This document shows, one piece after another, positions 9,683 through 22,372 of a stretch of DNA of 64,000 nucleotides (the first letter of the stretch is position 1; each line of letters begins with the position of its first letter). The notes under the pieces were generated by a model that was given only the letters and a program-made list of their open reading frames with translations, searched no databases and was not told the DNA's origin. The translations under genes were made by a program, and so were the position numbers. This stretch comes from Alphaproteobacteria bacterium (GTDB lineage: Bacteria; Pseudomonadota; Alphaproteobacteria; UBA828): NCBI GenBank assembly GCA_963422645.2, contig CAXXVO010000020.1, positions 1-64,000 of the forward strand, in the 5' to 3' direction.

Positions 9683-10714
9683 TCACCAGCTCTCGCCCTC
9701 CAGGTCGGTGCCCATGTGGAACAGGCAGTCGCCACGCTCGACCCGCCCTGGGATGCGCTTGCAGACGACCAGGCCCGTCGCATCGAAGTGAACCTCCGTC
9801 GGCTCCCGCCACGGCGTCTCCGGCGTGTGGATCAGCCCCGCGAGCTGGCCCTTTTCCACCTCGGCGCCGAGCTCGACCACCGGCTCGAACAACCCGTCCT
9901 CACTGGCGTAAGTGAAAAACTCCCACGAGGCTGCGGTGAGCAGGCGCACCTCCGCCGCCGGCTCCTCGTCGTCCTCCACCGGGCCATGCCAGACACCGAC
10001 GTGGCGAAGCACACGCTTGGTGCCGGCCTCGCAGATGCGAAGGCACTCGGGCGTCACCGTGCCGCCCCCGCCCATCTCGGTGGCCAGCACCACCACGCCG
10101 CGCTGGATCGCCGCCCTCATGTTGGTGGCGCCCATGCCGCCGGTTGACGGGAAGAGAAAACCGTAGGGCGCGCCGAATACCCGGCCGAGCTCGATGATCC
10201 GGGCCTGCGTCGCGTCCGGTATCGCCGCATCGCGGAGCACCAGGGTGGGCAGGTACATGAGCGAGCTTCCACCGGAGTGGAGGTCGAGCATGTAGTCGGC
10301 GCGGGGGGTGAGCTCGCCGTCGATGTAGTGGGCGAGCATCTCGGTGAGCCGCCCGTCGCTCCTGCCGGGGAAGACGCGGTTCAGATTCATGTCGTCGACG
10401 GGCGATGTCCTCATCCCCGCCTTTGCGGCCGGGTAGTTGGCCATCGGCAGGATGATGATTCGGCCGGTCACGTCGGCAGGATCGATGGTGCGGATGAGCT
10501 TGGTCAGCGTCACCTGCCCCTCGTATTCGTCGCCGTGCACGCCCGACGTGAGCAGCACGGTCGGCCCCTCGCCATTCTTGATGCAGACCAGCGGCACGGG
10601 CAGCCAGCCGTAGGCCGAGCGGTGGACGGAATGGTGCAGGCGCAGATGATCGCACTGCTTCCCGTCCCGGTCGAAATCGATTTGCGTGCTGAGCCGCGTG
10701 CCCGACTCCTCCAT
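9683..10714 (-). CDS. Succinylglutamate desuccinylase/aspartoacylase family (DoeB-like deacylase)
   Basis: GVHGDEYEG, NLNRVFPG, LDLHSGG, TEMGGG. Confidence 0.88.
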   Translation of the reverse strand: MEESGTRLSTQIDFDRDGKQCDHLRLHHSVHRSAYGWLPVPLVCIKNGEGPTVLLTSGVHGDEYEGQVTLTKLIRTIDPADVTGRIIILPMANYPAAKAGMRTSPVDDMNLNRVFPGRSDGRLTEMLAHYIDGELTPRADYMLDLHSGGSSLMYLPTLVLRDAAIPDATQARIIELGRVFGAPYGFLFPSTGGMGATNMRAAIQRGVVVLATEMGGGGTVTPECLRICEAGTKRVLRHVGVWHGPVEDDEEPAAEVRLLTAASWEFFTYASEDGLFEPVVELGAEVEKGQLAGLIHTPETPWREPTEVHFDATGLVVCKRIPGRVERGDCLFHMGTDLEGESW

Positions 10715-10868
10715 GGTGTCCCTCCCTGTTCGATCCCAGACATATCCAGTTTGACCGTTTCGGGGCGGCGGCGGCAATGGCCGCACACGCTTGCCACTGT
10801 CGTCCCGGTTTGACGCGGGGCGCCGGCGCCGCCAGTCTCCGCCCCGAAGCCACACGGGAGGAACAGCA

Positions 10869-11192
10869 ATGGCGCTCTATGAGATGAGGACGTACACGTT
10901 TCAGGTCGGCAAGCTCCCCGAGGCCGTCGCGCTCTATCGGGACGAGGGCTGGCCAATACTGGAGAGGGAGGGCTTCGGCGCCAATCTGGTCGGCTATTTC
11001 GTTGCCGATACTGGCACCCTCCACCGGCTGGTGCACCTGTGGAAGTTCGACGACGATGCGGCTCGCCGCGCTCACTGGGCACGGCTCTTCCAGACCGAGG
11101 AGTTTATGCGCTTCGCGGGAAAGATCCGCCCGAATATGCTGAGCCAGGAGGTCGTACTGCTTAACGAAGCCCCCTTCGGCCCCCATCCATAA
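10869..11192 (+). CDS. NIPSNAP-family protein
   Basis: LYEMRTY, LVHLWKFDD..ARR; GGAGG RBS. Confidence 0.88.
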   Translation: MALYEMRTYTFQVGKLPEAVALYRDEGWPILEREGFGANLVGYFVADTGTLHRLVHLWKFDDDAARRAHWARLFQTEEFMRFAGKIRPNMLSQEVVLLNEAPFGPHP

Positions 11193-11224
11193 CGGTCGAG
11201 CGAGCCGGTCGGCGGGAGAAGGGC

Positions 11225-12049
11225 CTACTTCTTCATCTTGGCCAGGATGGTCTCGACGCGCTCCAGCGCGGCGCGGGCATTCGCCGCCTCTTCGCGGACG
11301 GTCCTGAGCGTCTGTTCGTCTTCGCTTTCGTCGCCCCTGACGGGCCTGACCTCGAGGCGCGCGTCGTGCAGATTGTTGATCACGACCGCGATCACGAGGT
11401 TGATCATGATCACCGCCGCCAGCATCACGAAGCTCACGAAGAAGAGCCACGCCATCGGATGGAGCTCCATCGCGACGTACATGATGTCGGTCCAGTCCTC
11501 GAGCGTCATCACCCGGAAAAGCGAAAGCAGCGCGATGCCGAGGTCGCGCCAGTGGGTCGGGTCGTGGTCGCGGAAGAGGTGCACGCCCGCGATCGCGTAT
11601 ACGTAGAAGACGGCGGAGAGCAGCAGCATCACGTGCCCGAGCCCCGGCAGGGAGCGGATCAGGGTCGAGACGATGACGCGGAGCTGCGGCACCACGGTCG
11701 CCACCCGCAGCACCCGGAGCAGCCGCGCGAGGCGGGCAATGAGGGCGAACTCGCCGGCATCCGGCAGGAAGGCGAGGACCAGGATGACGAAGTCGAAGAG
11801 GTTCCAGCCGTCCTTGAAGTAGCGCTCGAAGCGCGGTGCGACGGCGGTGAGCTTGATCGCGGCTTCGATCACGAAGATCGCGAGCGCCACGTGGAAGGCC
11901 CACTGGATGGCGTAGCCGAAGCTGGCGTTGAACGCCTGGCTCGTCTCCAGCCCGAGGCCGAGCGCGGTGATCAGGATCATCGCGATGATCAGCCCGTTGA
12001 ACGCCGGCGCCGCCACAATGCGCGCGCACACCCGCCTCAGTCCCTTCAT
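11225..12049 (-). CDS. Bacterial voltage-gated cation channel (BacNav family)
   Basis: WNLFDF, S4 RLARLLRVLR, pore MTLEDWTD, C-terminal coiled coil. Confidence 0.9.
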   Translation of the reverse strand: MKGLRRVCARIVAAPAFNGLIIAMILITALGLGLETSQAFNASFGYAIQWAFHVALAIFVIEAAIKLTAVAPRFERYFKDGWNLFDFVILVLAFLPDAGEFALIARLARLLRVLRVATVVPQLRVIVSTLIRSLPGLGHVMLLLSAVFYVYAIAGVHLFRDHDPTHWRDLGIALLSLFRVMTLEDWTDIMYVAMELHPMAWLFFVSFVMLAAVIMINLVIAVVINNLHDARLEVRPVRGDESEDEQTLRTVREEAANARAALERVETILAKMKK

Positions 12050-12150
12050 GTGAGATCGCTCCCGTGATCGCTGCCGGCCTCACCTCCAGGAGGCCGGTGG
12101 GGAGCGCGTCCGGGCGGCGCCGCGAACCGCCCCCAATCCCTTGATTCGAT

Positions 12151-12226
12151 TGGTACGCCCGCCTGGACTCGAACCAGGGACCCTCTGATTAAAAGTCAGA
12201 TGCTCTACCACCTGAGCTACGGGCGC
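12151..12226 (-). tRNA. tRNA-Lys(TTT)
   Basis: 76-nt cloverleaf, anticodon arm TCTGA-CTTTTAA-TCAGA, CCA end. Confidence 0.96.
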
Positions 12227-12349
12227 GCCGCGGCGGCGAACGATAGGGAGGCACCGCTGGGGGGTCAAGCGGTCCTCCTTGTCCTGCCCGCTCACGCTGT
12301 GGCCGCGGCCGTTTCGGCGCCCGCGCCGGGACTGTAGAGTGTCACCGCC

Positions 12350-13516
12350 ATGACGGAAGCCAAGACACCGGCCCTGCTGCCGACCGGCCTGCGCGACCTG
12401 CTGCCGCCCGAGGCGGGCGCCGAGGCCGCGCTCGCCGAAGCGCTGCTCGCCTGCTTCGCCGCGCAAGGCTACGAGAGGGTCAAGCCACCGCTCGTCGAAT
12501 TCGAAGACAGCATGCTGAGCGGCGCCGGCGCCGGGCTCGCCGACCAGACCTTCCGCCTGATGGACCCGGCCTCGCACCGCATGATGGCCGTGCGCAGCGA
12601 CCTCACGCCGCAGATCGCGCGCATCGCGGCCTCGCGGCTCTCGCGAAGCCCCCGGCCGCTTCGCCTGAGCTATGCCGGCGAGATCCTGCGCGTGCGGGGC
12701 GGCGAGCTGCGGCCTGAGCGGCAGTTTCGCCAGGTGGGCTTCGAGCTCATCGGCATTGGCGCCGGCGCCGCTTGCGATGCTGAGGTCATCCTGCTGGCGG
12801 CCAACGCGCTGCGCGGACTGGGACTCGAAGGCGGCCTCTCCGTCGATCTCAACGCGCCGACCCTGGTGGCGTCGCTCATCGCCGAAGCCGGTCTCGACGC
12901 CGAGCGCGCCGGTCGTCTCCGCGATGCCCTCGACCGCAAGGACGCGGTGGCGGTCGGGGGGATCGGCGACGGTGTGGCCGCGCAGCTGGTCCAACTGTTG
13001 CGGGCCACCGGTGCGGCCGAGACGGCAATCGAGTCGCTGGCGCAGCTCACGCTGCCCGGCGAGGCGACGACCGCGCTCGCTCACCTGCTGGAGGTGGCAA
13101 CGCTGCTGCGCGAGGCAGCGCCGGAACTTGCGCTCACCATCGATCCCATCGAATGGCGTGGCTTCGAATACCACACCGGCACCAGCTTCAGCCTGTTCGC
13201 GGGCGGCGTGCGCACCGAGCTCGGCCGCGGCGGCCGCTATTCGGTGGGCGACGCCGGTGCGAAAGGGGAGGAGGCCGCCGGCTGCACGATCTATGTCGAC
13301 ACGGTGCTCCGCGCCGCGCCCGCGCCGCCGGCGCCACGCCGTGTCTACCTGCCGCACGGCACGCCGCGAGCCGATGGCGCCGGACTGCGCGACGACGGCT
13401 GGGTCACGATCGCTGGCCTCGCGCCCGATGGAGACCCCGCAGCCGAGGCCGCGCGGCTCGGTTGCAGCCACCTGTGGCAGGGCGGCACCGCCAGCGCCAT
13501 CGGCGGAGAGGAGTAG
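12350..13516 (+). CDS. hisZ: ATP phosphoribosyltransferase regulatory subunit
   Basis: [40 protein letters not shown]; upstream of purA. Confidence 0.92.
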   Translation: MTEAKTPALLPTGLRDLLPPEAGAEAALAEALLACFAAQGYERVKPPLVEFEDSMLSGAGAGLADQTFRLMDPASHRMMAVRSDLTPQIARIAASRLSRSPRPLRLSYAGEILRVRGGELRPERQFRQVGFELIGIGAGAACDAEVILLAANALRGLGLEGGLSVDLNAPTLVASLIAEAGLDAERAGRLRDALDRKDAVAVGGIGDGVAAQLVQLLRATGAAETAIESLAQLTLPGEATTALAHLLEVATLLREAAPELALTIDPIEWRGFEYHTGTSFSLFAGGVRTELGRGGRYSVGDAGAKGEEAAGCTIYVDTVLRAAPAPPAPRRVYLPHGTPRADGAGLRDDGWVTIAGLAPDGDPAAEAARLGCSHLWQGGTASAIGGEE

Positions 13517-13518
13517 TC

Positions 13519-14811
<1,293 letters not shown>

Positions 14812-15020
14812 GCTGCACGACCAAGGGGTCACGTGAACAGATGGAAGTCCCGCACGGGCCATCGTTAGGACTCTGAGCGCGACAAGCTACAAGTCAAAAT
14901 TTGTGCGGGATTCGCCGGGAATAAGCGGGATGGGTGAGATTCCAAGTCGCTTCATGACGAGGCCCCGCACCGCGTCACGTTGCCGAAGCGCGTGCGCCAG
15001 GATCGCTCAGGAACCGGCGG

Positions 15021-15956
15021 TTAGCTGTGCAACGTCCGGGTGGTCTCCCGCAGGATGTCCGCGAAGGTCTGGCTGACCAGCGTCAGCTGCACGCCGCGGC
15101 GCGTCACCAACTCCATCTTCGTATTGAGGCGGTAGGTCTCGGGCAGGATGCTGTGCATGCGCCCGCTCTCCACCCACCTTGCCGCGTAGGTGACGGGCAG
15201 ATAGCCGATGTGCCAGCCCGACAGGATTAGGAACGCCACGCCTTCGATCTGGCGTGCCGCCGCGCTCGACTGCAGGTCACCGGTGAGCGGTGCGACCTGC
15301 CGCTCGGATAGATAGGCGCGGTGAGCAAGATCGGCCGTGTGCACGTCGTCGCGGTCGAGCTGGTGAGGAGCCCGGTCGAAAAGTGGGTGACCAGCACCGC
15401 AGTAGAGTTCGACCGGGTCGTCATAGAGTGCTTCGTAGATCAGGCCCGGACGGTGCTGGTGGAACACGCCGATTCCCAGATTGACCCTGTTCTCGAGGAC
15501 GGCGCGCTCGATCTCGTCGGGCGCCAGAGTGTGGAAGTGAATGTGGACTTGCCGGGCCCTGCCCCTGAAGGCCCGGAGCACGTCCGCCAAAGGATAGCAA
15601 CGCTCGGTGGCCCAATTGTCGATCGCGGCGATCGATAGCTCGCCAACCAGTTCGCCGCGCAGCGCGCCCACGGTAGTACGAAAGCTCTCCAGTGCGGTCG
15701 CGAGGTGCTGGCAGGCCTCGTAGACGATCCGGCCCTTGTCTGTCAGGCGGAAGCCGGCCCGCCCCCGTTGGCAAAGGCGCATGCCGAGGCGCTTCTCCAG
15801 ATCGGTGATCTGGCGGCTGATGGTCGACTGGCCGACGTTCAAAGCAACCTGCGCTGCAGCGAACCCGCCGCACTCCACGACCGTCATGAAGACCGCGAGC
15901 ATGTGGAGATCGGCCTTGTGGAGACGCGGGGTCGTGGTGGTGCCTGAGGGCATCAT
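15021..15956 (-). CDS. LysR-family transcriptional regulator
   Basis: HTH GGFAAAQVALNVGQSTISRQITDLEKRLG; divergent from a transporter gene across an AT-rich spacer. Confidence 0.92.
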   Translation of the reverse strand: MMPSGTTTTPRLHKADLHMLAVFMTVVECGGFAAAQVALNVGQSTISRQITDLEKRLGMRLCQRGRAGFRLTDKGRIVYEACQHLATALESFRTTVGALRGELVGELSIAAIDNWATERCYPLADVLRAFRGRARQVHIHFHTLAPDEIERAVLENRVNLGIGVFHQHRPGLIYEALYDDPVELYCGAGHPLFDRAPHQLDRDDVHTADLAHRAYLSERQVAPLTGDLQSSAAARQIEGVAFLILSGWHIGYLPVTYAARWVESGRMHSILPETYRLNTKMELVTRRGVQLTLVSQTFADILRETTRTLHS

Positions 15957-16210
15957 GTTTGCCTATATCTGCATATTAACATTCTATGAATGATGTTTTT
16001 TCTATCTGAAAGCAACCCTACCATACAAGCAATAACGAAGGGATCGCGGCGGAGGCGACACCATGCCTCAAGGCAACGCGGGTCGAGGCGGCGAGCGACG
16101 ATGTGCCCGAACGCGATCGGCGTGAGGTTCGGGGCGCGCTGGTAGAGAGCCGCGGGGCGCGCCGTGGCGGCGGACGGTGGCTCTAACCTGATGAACCGAA
16201 GGAGAAGACG

Positions 16211-16383
16211 ATGAAGACAATCAAGTGGCGCCGTAGCTTGTATGCGGCCCTGCTTCTCATCGGCATTTCGCCCGTCATCGGCACGACTTCAGCTCAGACT
16301 GCCGATGTCGTCGTCGGCGTTCCCAACTGGCCGTCAGCAGTGGCCACGGCGAACATCCTCAAAGTGGTGCTGGAGGACAACCT
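16211..16383 (+). pseudogene. Truncated glycine-betaine-type ABC substrate-binding protein
   Basis: Signal peptide plus DVVVGVPNWPSA..ANILKVVLEDNL, cut by IS end at 16384. Confidence 0.7.
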
Positions 16384-16471
16384 CAGACTTCCTGACCTCT
16401 GCTGATTTTAGGTGACACGAGCCGCGCGGATTCCGAGGCCCCGTCGATGTCGTAGACTATGCGCAGACGGG
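16384..16471 (-). repeat. Terminal 88 bp of the CAG element (left arm)
   Basis: Reverse complement of 19023-19110 and of the 3' end of the full copies. Confidence 0.92.
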
Positions 16472-16673
16472 TGTCAATCGGCTTTCAATACTGACCCCCG
16501 ATCGGCGTGCAAAATTGACCCCCCTGAGTGGCACGGCGGAGGTTGTCCCGGTAGCCAATAGGGGGGACCCGCGCGGCTTCGTGTGGCGCCCTGCGCTACG
16601 CGGAGCGAAGCCGCGTGGGGGGTCCCTGTTGGCCCACCGGGGCAACCGGGCCGCAAGGGAGGCCGGCGGCGGG

Positions 16674-17402
16674 TCAGGAGCGGTTCTTGAAGCGCCAGCT
16701 CTCGTTGCCGGTCTCGATGATCTCGCAATGATGGGTGAGGCGATCGAGCAGCGCTGTGGTCATCTTGGGGTCGCCGAAGACGGATGGCCATTCGCCGAAG
16801 GCGAGGTTTGTGGTGATGACGATCGAGGTGCGCTCGTAGAGCCGGCTCATCAGATGGAAGAGCAGCTGCCCACCGGCCTGGGCGAAGGGCAGGTAGCCGA
16901 GCTCGTCGAGGATGACGAAGTCGCGGCGGACGAGCTGGTCTGCAGTGCGGCCCTGGCGTCCGGCGCGAAGCTCGGCCTCGAGGAGGTTGACCAGGTCGAC
17001 GACGTTGTAGCACCGGCCGCGCGCGCCCTTGCGGATGCAGGACCGCGCGATGGCGACGGCGAGATGGGTCTTGCCGGTACCGGTGCCGCCGACCAGCACG
17101 ATGTTGCGTTTGCCCTCGAGGAAGCCGCCGCCGGCGAGCTCCTGGATCAGGGGCTCGTTGACCGGCGAGGCGGCGAAGTCGAAGTCGGCCAGCTCCTTGA
17201 CCGTCGGCAGCTTGGCGGAGGCCATCTGGTACTTGATCGAGCGGGCCCTCTTGTCGGCGATCTCGACCTGCAGCAGCGTACCGATGATCTGTTGCACCGG
17301 ATGGCGGCGCTTGAGCCCGTCGGCAAGGATGTCGTCGTAAGCGGCGCGCATACCTGCGAGCTTCAGCTGGGTCATCATCTCCAGCACATCATGACGCTCC
17401 AT
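16674..17402 (-). CDS. istB: IS21 helper ATPase
   Basis: [26 protein letters not shown]. Confidence 0.95.
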   Translation of the reverse strand: MERHDVLEMMTQLKLAGMRAAYDDILADGLKRRHPVQQIIGTLLQVEIADKRARSIKYQMASAKLPTVKELADFDFAASPVNEPLIQELAGGGFLEGKRNIVLVGGTGTGKTHLAVAIARSCIRKGARGRCYNVVDLVNLLEAELRAGRQGRTADQLVRRDFVILDELGYLPFAQAGGQLLFHLMSRLYERTSIVITTNLAFGEWPSVFGDPKMTTALLDRLTHHCEIIETGNESWRFKNRS

Positions 17403-18903
17403 GACCGGCCTCCCTCAGGCTGTCGTAGCGCTGACAGTCGGCTACCGGCTTGTGGCGAAGCTGCAGGCCCTCGGGCGTCGGGATGATTGCCGGCGGTGCC
17501 GGCTGGCGCTGCCGGGCGAGGATGTTGAGCACCACGTCGGCGCTGCAGGCACCGCAGTCGAGCGTCTCGGCACAGGCCGCCTCAACCGCCTCCAGTCCGT
17601 CCTCCAGCACCGCCGCGAGCACCTTGACGAACTGCCGGTCGCCGTCGTCGTGGCCCGCGAGCCGGGTTCGCAGGCGGCCGAGCGCGTTGGGCAACTGCCA
17701 GTCCTTGAAGGGCGCGCCATTGCGTAGCGCGCCGGGCTTCCGCGTCAGGATCGGCACGTAATGCCACGGATCGTAGACGAACCGGCCGCGCCCGAAGCTG
17801 CGGGGGTGCTCGGCAACGGTCTCGCCGTCCTGGCGGATGACGATCCGATCGGCATAGGCCCGCACGTCCACCGGCCGGCCGACGGCGCGGGCCGCGACGC
17901 TGTACTGGTTGTTGTCGAAGCGCACCAGACAGGTCTTCGAGACCGACACCTCGCTGGCATGGAAGCCGTCGAAGGGGCCGCGATACGCCATCAGGAAGGG
18001 CTGCTCCTCCTCGAACACCTGCCACACCGTCTTGCCCGGGATTGTCGGATGCGGATGCTTCTTGGCGTCCTCGATGCACCGATCCATCAGCCACTCGTTG
18101 ATCTCGGCGTAGGAGCGGCCCCGCGGGATGGGCACGAACAGGCGGCCGCGAAGGTCACCCACCTGCTTCTCGACCTGCCCCTTCTCCCAGCCAGCCCCTG
18201 GCGTGCACGCCACAGGCTCCACCAGATGGTGCGAGCACAGCTCCTGGAAGCGGCGGTTGTAGTCCCGCTTCTTGCCCACGAAGATCGTGCTCACCGCCGT
18301 CTTCATGTTGTCGTAGATGCCCCGCCGGCAGACCCCGCCGAAGAAGCGGAAGGCACGCTCGTGCGCCTCGAAGACCATCTCCTGGCTCTCGCGGGGAAAG
18401 ATCTGGACCAGATACATCCGGCTGTGGCACAGCCGCATGTGCGCCGCCTTCACCCTGGTCGTCGCGCCCGACAGACGCGCGTACTCGTGGCTCCAGTCGA
18501 ACTGGTAGGCCTCGCCGGGATCGAAGATCAGCGGCACATAGGCCTGCGCCGGCGACAACAGCCGCCACCGGCGCCGCCAGGCCCTGGCATAGCGGCGAAC
18601 CGCGTCATAGCCGCCCTTGTAGCCCAGCGACACAAGGTCTTCATGAATCCGCAGAAGAGACAGCCGATCCTTGCGTGCCTTCTTCTCGTTGGCCTTCAGC
18701 TGGCGCTCAAGCTCCTCCACCCACAGCCCAAGCTTCGGCATCGGCTGGATCTTGCGCTCGTAGCTGTGCGAGGTCGCATCGCCCCGCACCACCTTGCGTA
18801 TCGTGTTCTTGGAAACCCTCAAATCCCGGGCGAGCTTCTTGATCGGAACGCCCTTCACCAGATGATCCCGACGGATCTTCGCGATCGTTTCCACAACCAG
18901 CAT
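17389..18903 (-). CDS. istA: IS21 transposase
   Basis: [27 protein letters not shown]. Confidence 0.95.
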   Translation of the reverse strand: MLVVETIAKIRRDHLVKGVPIKKLARDLRVSKNTIRKVVRGDATSHSYERKIQPMPKLGLWVEELERQLKANEKKARKDRLSLLRIHEDLVSLGYKGGYDAVRRYARAWRRRWRLLSPAQAYVPLIFDPGEAYQFDWSHEYARLSGATTRVKAAHMRLCHSRMYLVQIFPRESQEMVFEAHERAFRFFGGVCRRGIYDNMKTAVSTIFVGKKRDYNRRFQELCSHHLVEPVACTPGAGWEKGQVEKQVGDLRGRLFVPIPRGRSYAEINEWLMDRCIEDAKKHPHPTIPGKTVWQVFEEEQPFLMAYRGPFDGFHASEVSVSKTCLVRFDNNQYSVAARAVGRPVDVRAYADRIVIRQDGETVAEHPRSFGRGRFVYDPWHYVPILTRKPGALRNGAPFKDWQLPNALGRLRTRLAGHDDGDRQFVKVLAAVLEDGLEAVEAACAETLDCGACSADVVLNILARQRQPAPPAIIPTPEGLQLRHKPVADCQRYDSLREAGHGAS

Positions 18904-19022
18904 CTCCCCCACCACCCCGTCCGTCCAAACGACGAGGTGTGTTCATGGACACAAATCCAAGGGGGTCAATTTTGGACGCCGATCACCCCCAATAGGGGGT
19001 CACTTTTCCACGCTTAACAACA

Positions 19023-19110
19023 CCCGTCTGCGCATAGTCTACGACATCGACGGGGCCTCGGAATCCGCGCGGCTCGTGTCACCTAAAATCAGCAGAGGTC
19101 AGGAAGTCTG
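19023..19110 (+). repeat. Terminal 88 bp of the CAG element (right arm)
   Basis: Ends GAGGTCAGGAAGTCTG; mirror of 16384-16471. Confidence 0.92.
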
Positions 19111-19600
19111 AGAATTGGCCTATGTCGGGGTAAATGTCGTCGCTGAGTACCGACTTGGCACGGTGGGCCAGGAATGCGCTGGGCGCGGGAATGCACATCT
19201 TCGGGTTGTGGCGGACATGCGCCTTCAGGAACCTGAAATGCTCGACCATCGGATGTTCGGCGCCATAGGCGAGGCGGGCGGTCGGCCTGTGCGCCATCGC
19301 CGGATGCTTGGTGCCCTTGAAGCGCTGCACGCCGGGCGTTTCGAAGGTTTCCACGTTCTCGAAGGACCGGAAGAAATCCCGGCTCCAGAACTTTCGACGG
19401 AATTCGCCGTCGGTGATCGATTTCAGTCCGATTGATTCCTGTTTGTCGATGACGCGCAGGATCTCGCGGTCCTCGATCTCCTTGAGTTGCTCGGCGGAAA
19501 GTTCGCCGCTTTCAAACTTGGCGCGCGCCGAATTGACGGCTTCCGGGCGCAGCAGGCTACCCACATGATCGGCTCGGCACGGCGGCACCCTGCGTGTCAT
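19111..19600 (-). pseudogene. Truncated cobalamin-independent methionine synthase II-family gene
   Basis: RADHVGSLLRP, ITDGEFRR, PKMCIPAPS; cut by IS end at 19110. Confidence 0.85.
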
Positions 19601-19856
19601 GGATGTAACCTCCTCGAACGGGCATTCAGGACGAACTAAAGGAAAATTGGAATTCGCGCCCAGGCTCCATCGCCGCTAACGCCAGTACACCGCATTACCC
19701 CCGATAACCGTTATCGCCGTCAAGAAGGGCCATCAATGGCCTGTCCGATTTGGTGGAGGCTTAACAACGGCTGCGATCATGAAGCTCCCGCCGCGCCGTC
19801 GGTAGGATGGACCGGGAGCGAAAAGTGGAAAATCGCTCCGAAAAATGTGGCAAACT

Positions 19857-22371
19857 CAGACTTCCTGACCTCGTGATGCTGGCTGTTCTGGGCAGCGTGC
19901 CGGGAACTCCTTGAATTCTGATACATTTCGGTTGTTTCAGGCGGTTTTTCGCTGGGTGTCGCGCCCGAGGTCTGATATTATAATTTGATACCAATTGCAC
20001 GGTCTCAACCATGCCCAGTACCCTCCCAATGTGCCCTCCAGAGGCGGTCTCGATCGGCAACAGCTGCTTCGCCGTCCTGATCTCGGACGACACCTTCACC
20101 TACTTTTCCAACCTCATTCCCTTTGACAGCCACGCCGCCGATGACCGCACGGCCATGCTCTTGCGGATCGGCCGCCTCGCGGCGATCAGCGCGGTCTCGC
20201 CGCAGGAACTGGCTGACGCTTTCGCTGTCTCGCGCGCGACGGTGCAGCGCGCACGACGGCGCTACCTGGCCGAGGGCGAAGCGGGGTTCATGAAGCCCCG
20301 GCGCGGTCGCGGGCCGTCGGTGTTCACTCCGGAGTTGGCGGAGAAGGCGACGGCGTTGCTGGCATCGGGCCTGAGCGGCTCTGCGGCGGCCCGGGTTCTC
20401 GGCGTGTCAGCGCCATCGGTCAACAAGTGGCGCCGTCAGGGACTGATCGGCAACACGGAGGCGGATGGGGAGCCCGGACGCTCAGCGCTGGCTGCGCCGC
20501 CTGACGCGGGTGCGGCTCCTGAAGGCCGTGTCGATGAAGAGAGTACCGGTGCCCCGGGGCCGGAGACGGCGCCGGGGCTGGAAGCGCAGCCGCAAACGGA
20601 TCGCAGCGCGCGCGATCGGCGGGACCGGCAGGCGCCGATGGGGCGTGCGACTTGCGATGTTCCGGCTCGGGTTCTGGCCAGTTGTGGACAGGCGGGGCCG
20701 GTCGAACCGCAGTTCGCCGCCGCCGCCCGCGGTGTCCGCTTCGGCGGCGTGCTCGCCGCCCTGCCGGCCCTGCTGAAGGAAGGTCTTCTCTCCGAGACCG
20801 GTCTCCTGCCATTGCTGCCGAAGGGCTATTACGGCTTGCCTACGATCCTGCTCTTCCTGGCCTTCATGACCTTGGCGCGGGTGCGCAACCCCGAGAGCCT
20901 GCGCTACCAGGCGCCGGGCGAATGGGGCGCCATTCTCGGCCTCGATCGCTGCCCCGAGGTCAAGACGCTGCGCCGCAAGATCGCTCTCATCGCCGACGAC
21001 GAGGCCGGCGTGCGGGCGTGGCAGCTCGCCCTTGCCAGGCGCTGGCAGGCGCCGACGAGCCGGAGCTCTGGGCGACGCTGGCCATCGACGGGCACGTCAA
21101 GGTCTACTCCGGCCGCAAGGGGCGCTTGCCCAAGCACTTCGTCTCGCGCGAGAAGCTGTGCCTGCCGGCGAGCGCCAGCTACTGGATCAACGCTCTGGGC
21201 GGCAAGCCGCTGCTCTGTCTGCACAAGCCGCTGGACCCGAAGATGGTCGCGGCCATCGAAGCCGACGTGGTGCCGGCGCTGCAGGAGCTTGGGATCGTTG
21301 GCGCCGGGGCGCCGGACCTGACCGCCGAGCATCCCGGCCAGCCGGCGCTCACCCTGGTCTTCGACCGCGAGGGCTGGAGCCCGGATCTGTTCCGCCGGCT
21401 GGCGAGGCGCGGCGTCGCCTGCCTGACCTGGCACAAGAACTTCAGGGGCGAGGACTGGCCGGCCGAGGACTTCGGCGCGATGACCGTTCCCATTCACGGA
21501 CCGGCGGCGGACGGCAGCGCCACCATGCGGCTGGCTGAGAAGCCGGTGACGTTGCCGAACGGCTTCAGGGTGCGCCAGATCCGCCGCCTGCTCGACAACG
21601 GCCGTCAGGTGCCGCTGATCACCACCGATCCGCACAAGCCGATGGCTGAGGTTGCGGGCGCCATGTTCTCGCGCTGGTCGCAGGAGAACTTCTTCAAGTA
21701 CATGCGTGACGAGTTCAATCTCGACGCCCTGCCGACCCACGAGCTCGAGCCTCTCGATCCCGCCGCCATGGTCGTCAACCCGCTGCGGCGGGCCTATGAC
21801 AAGGCAATCCATCGCCTCGACCGCCAGCTTGGCCGCCTGCGCAACCGCATCGCCGACACGGCCCGGAAGAAGCAGCCGACGGCGGAACTCAGGAGGGAAG
21901 TCAGGGACCTCCAGGATGTCCGCGACATCGTCAGGGCCAGCCGCAGGGAGACGCCCAAGCACTGCCGGGCCGGCGCGACCTCGACGAAGCCGAGCAGCTC
22001 GATGCCTTGCCCGCGCGCGAGCGCCTCCTCCTCGACGTCATCCGGATGATCGCCTACCGCGCCGAAACCCGCATGATGCTTCCCGTCATGCAGGCGCAGG
22101 GCCACAAGCCCCATCCCCGGAAACTGCTTCAAGCGCTGCTCACCGCCGATGCCGACATCCTGCCGGATCCTGGCAATGGCCTCCTGCGGGTCCACATTCT
22201 TGGCCTCGCAAACGACGCCTGCGACCGTTGGATCGATGCGGTTCTGAGCGACCTGAACGCCACCGAAACGGTCTTCCCCGGCACCCGTCTGCGCATAGTC
22301 TATGACATCGACGGGGCCTCGGAATCCGCGCGGCTCGTGTCACCTAAAATCAGCAGAGGTCAGGAAGTCTG
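19857..22371 (+). mobile_element. Unclassified DDE IS (CAG element), copy 1
   Basis: 16-bp perfect IRs CAGACTTCCTGACCTC; flanks AAACT / AGTCT. Confidence 0.9.
19979..19984 (+). promoter_or_regulatory. Putative -10 box of CAG-element transposase
   Basis: TATAAT about 30 bp upstream of the ATG in all three copies; -35 weak. Confidence 0.45.
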
Positions 22372-22372
22372 A
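20011..22372 (+). pseudogene. CAG-element transposase with two frameshifts
   Basis: N-terminal HTHs, IDGH / FDREG / RWSQENFFK; extra GC at about 21049 and 21975. Confidence 0.8.

Larger units (their letters stand above)
16472..19022 (-). mobile_element. IS21-family element
   Basis: Ends TGTCAATCGGC..GACCCC and TGTTGTTAAGC..GACCCC (GACCCC at position 22 in both), internal repeats, istA-istB. Confidence 0.92.

Noticed and set aside
14812-15020. CGGGA repeats after purA as integrase arm sites
   Set aside because: No att duplication or integrase remnant nearby
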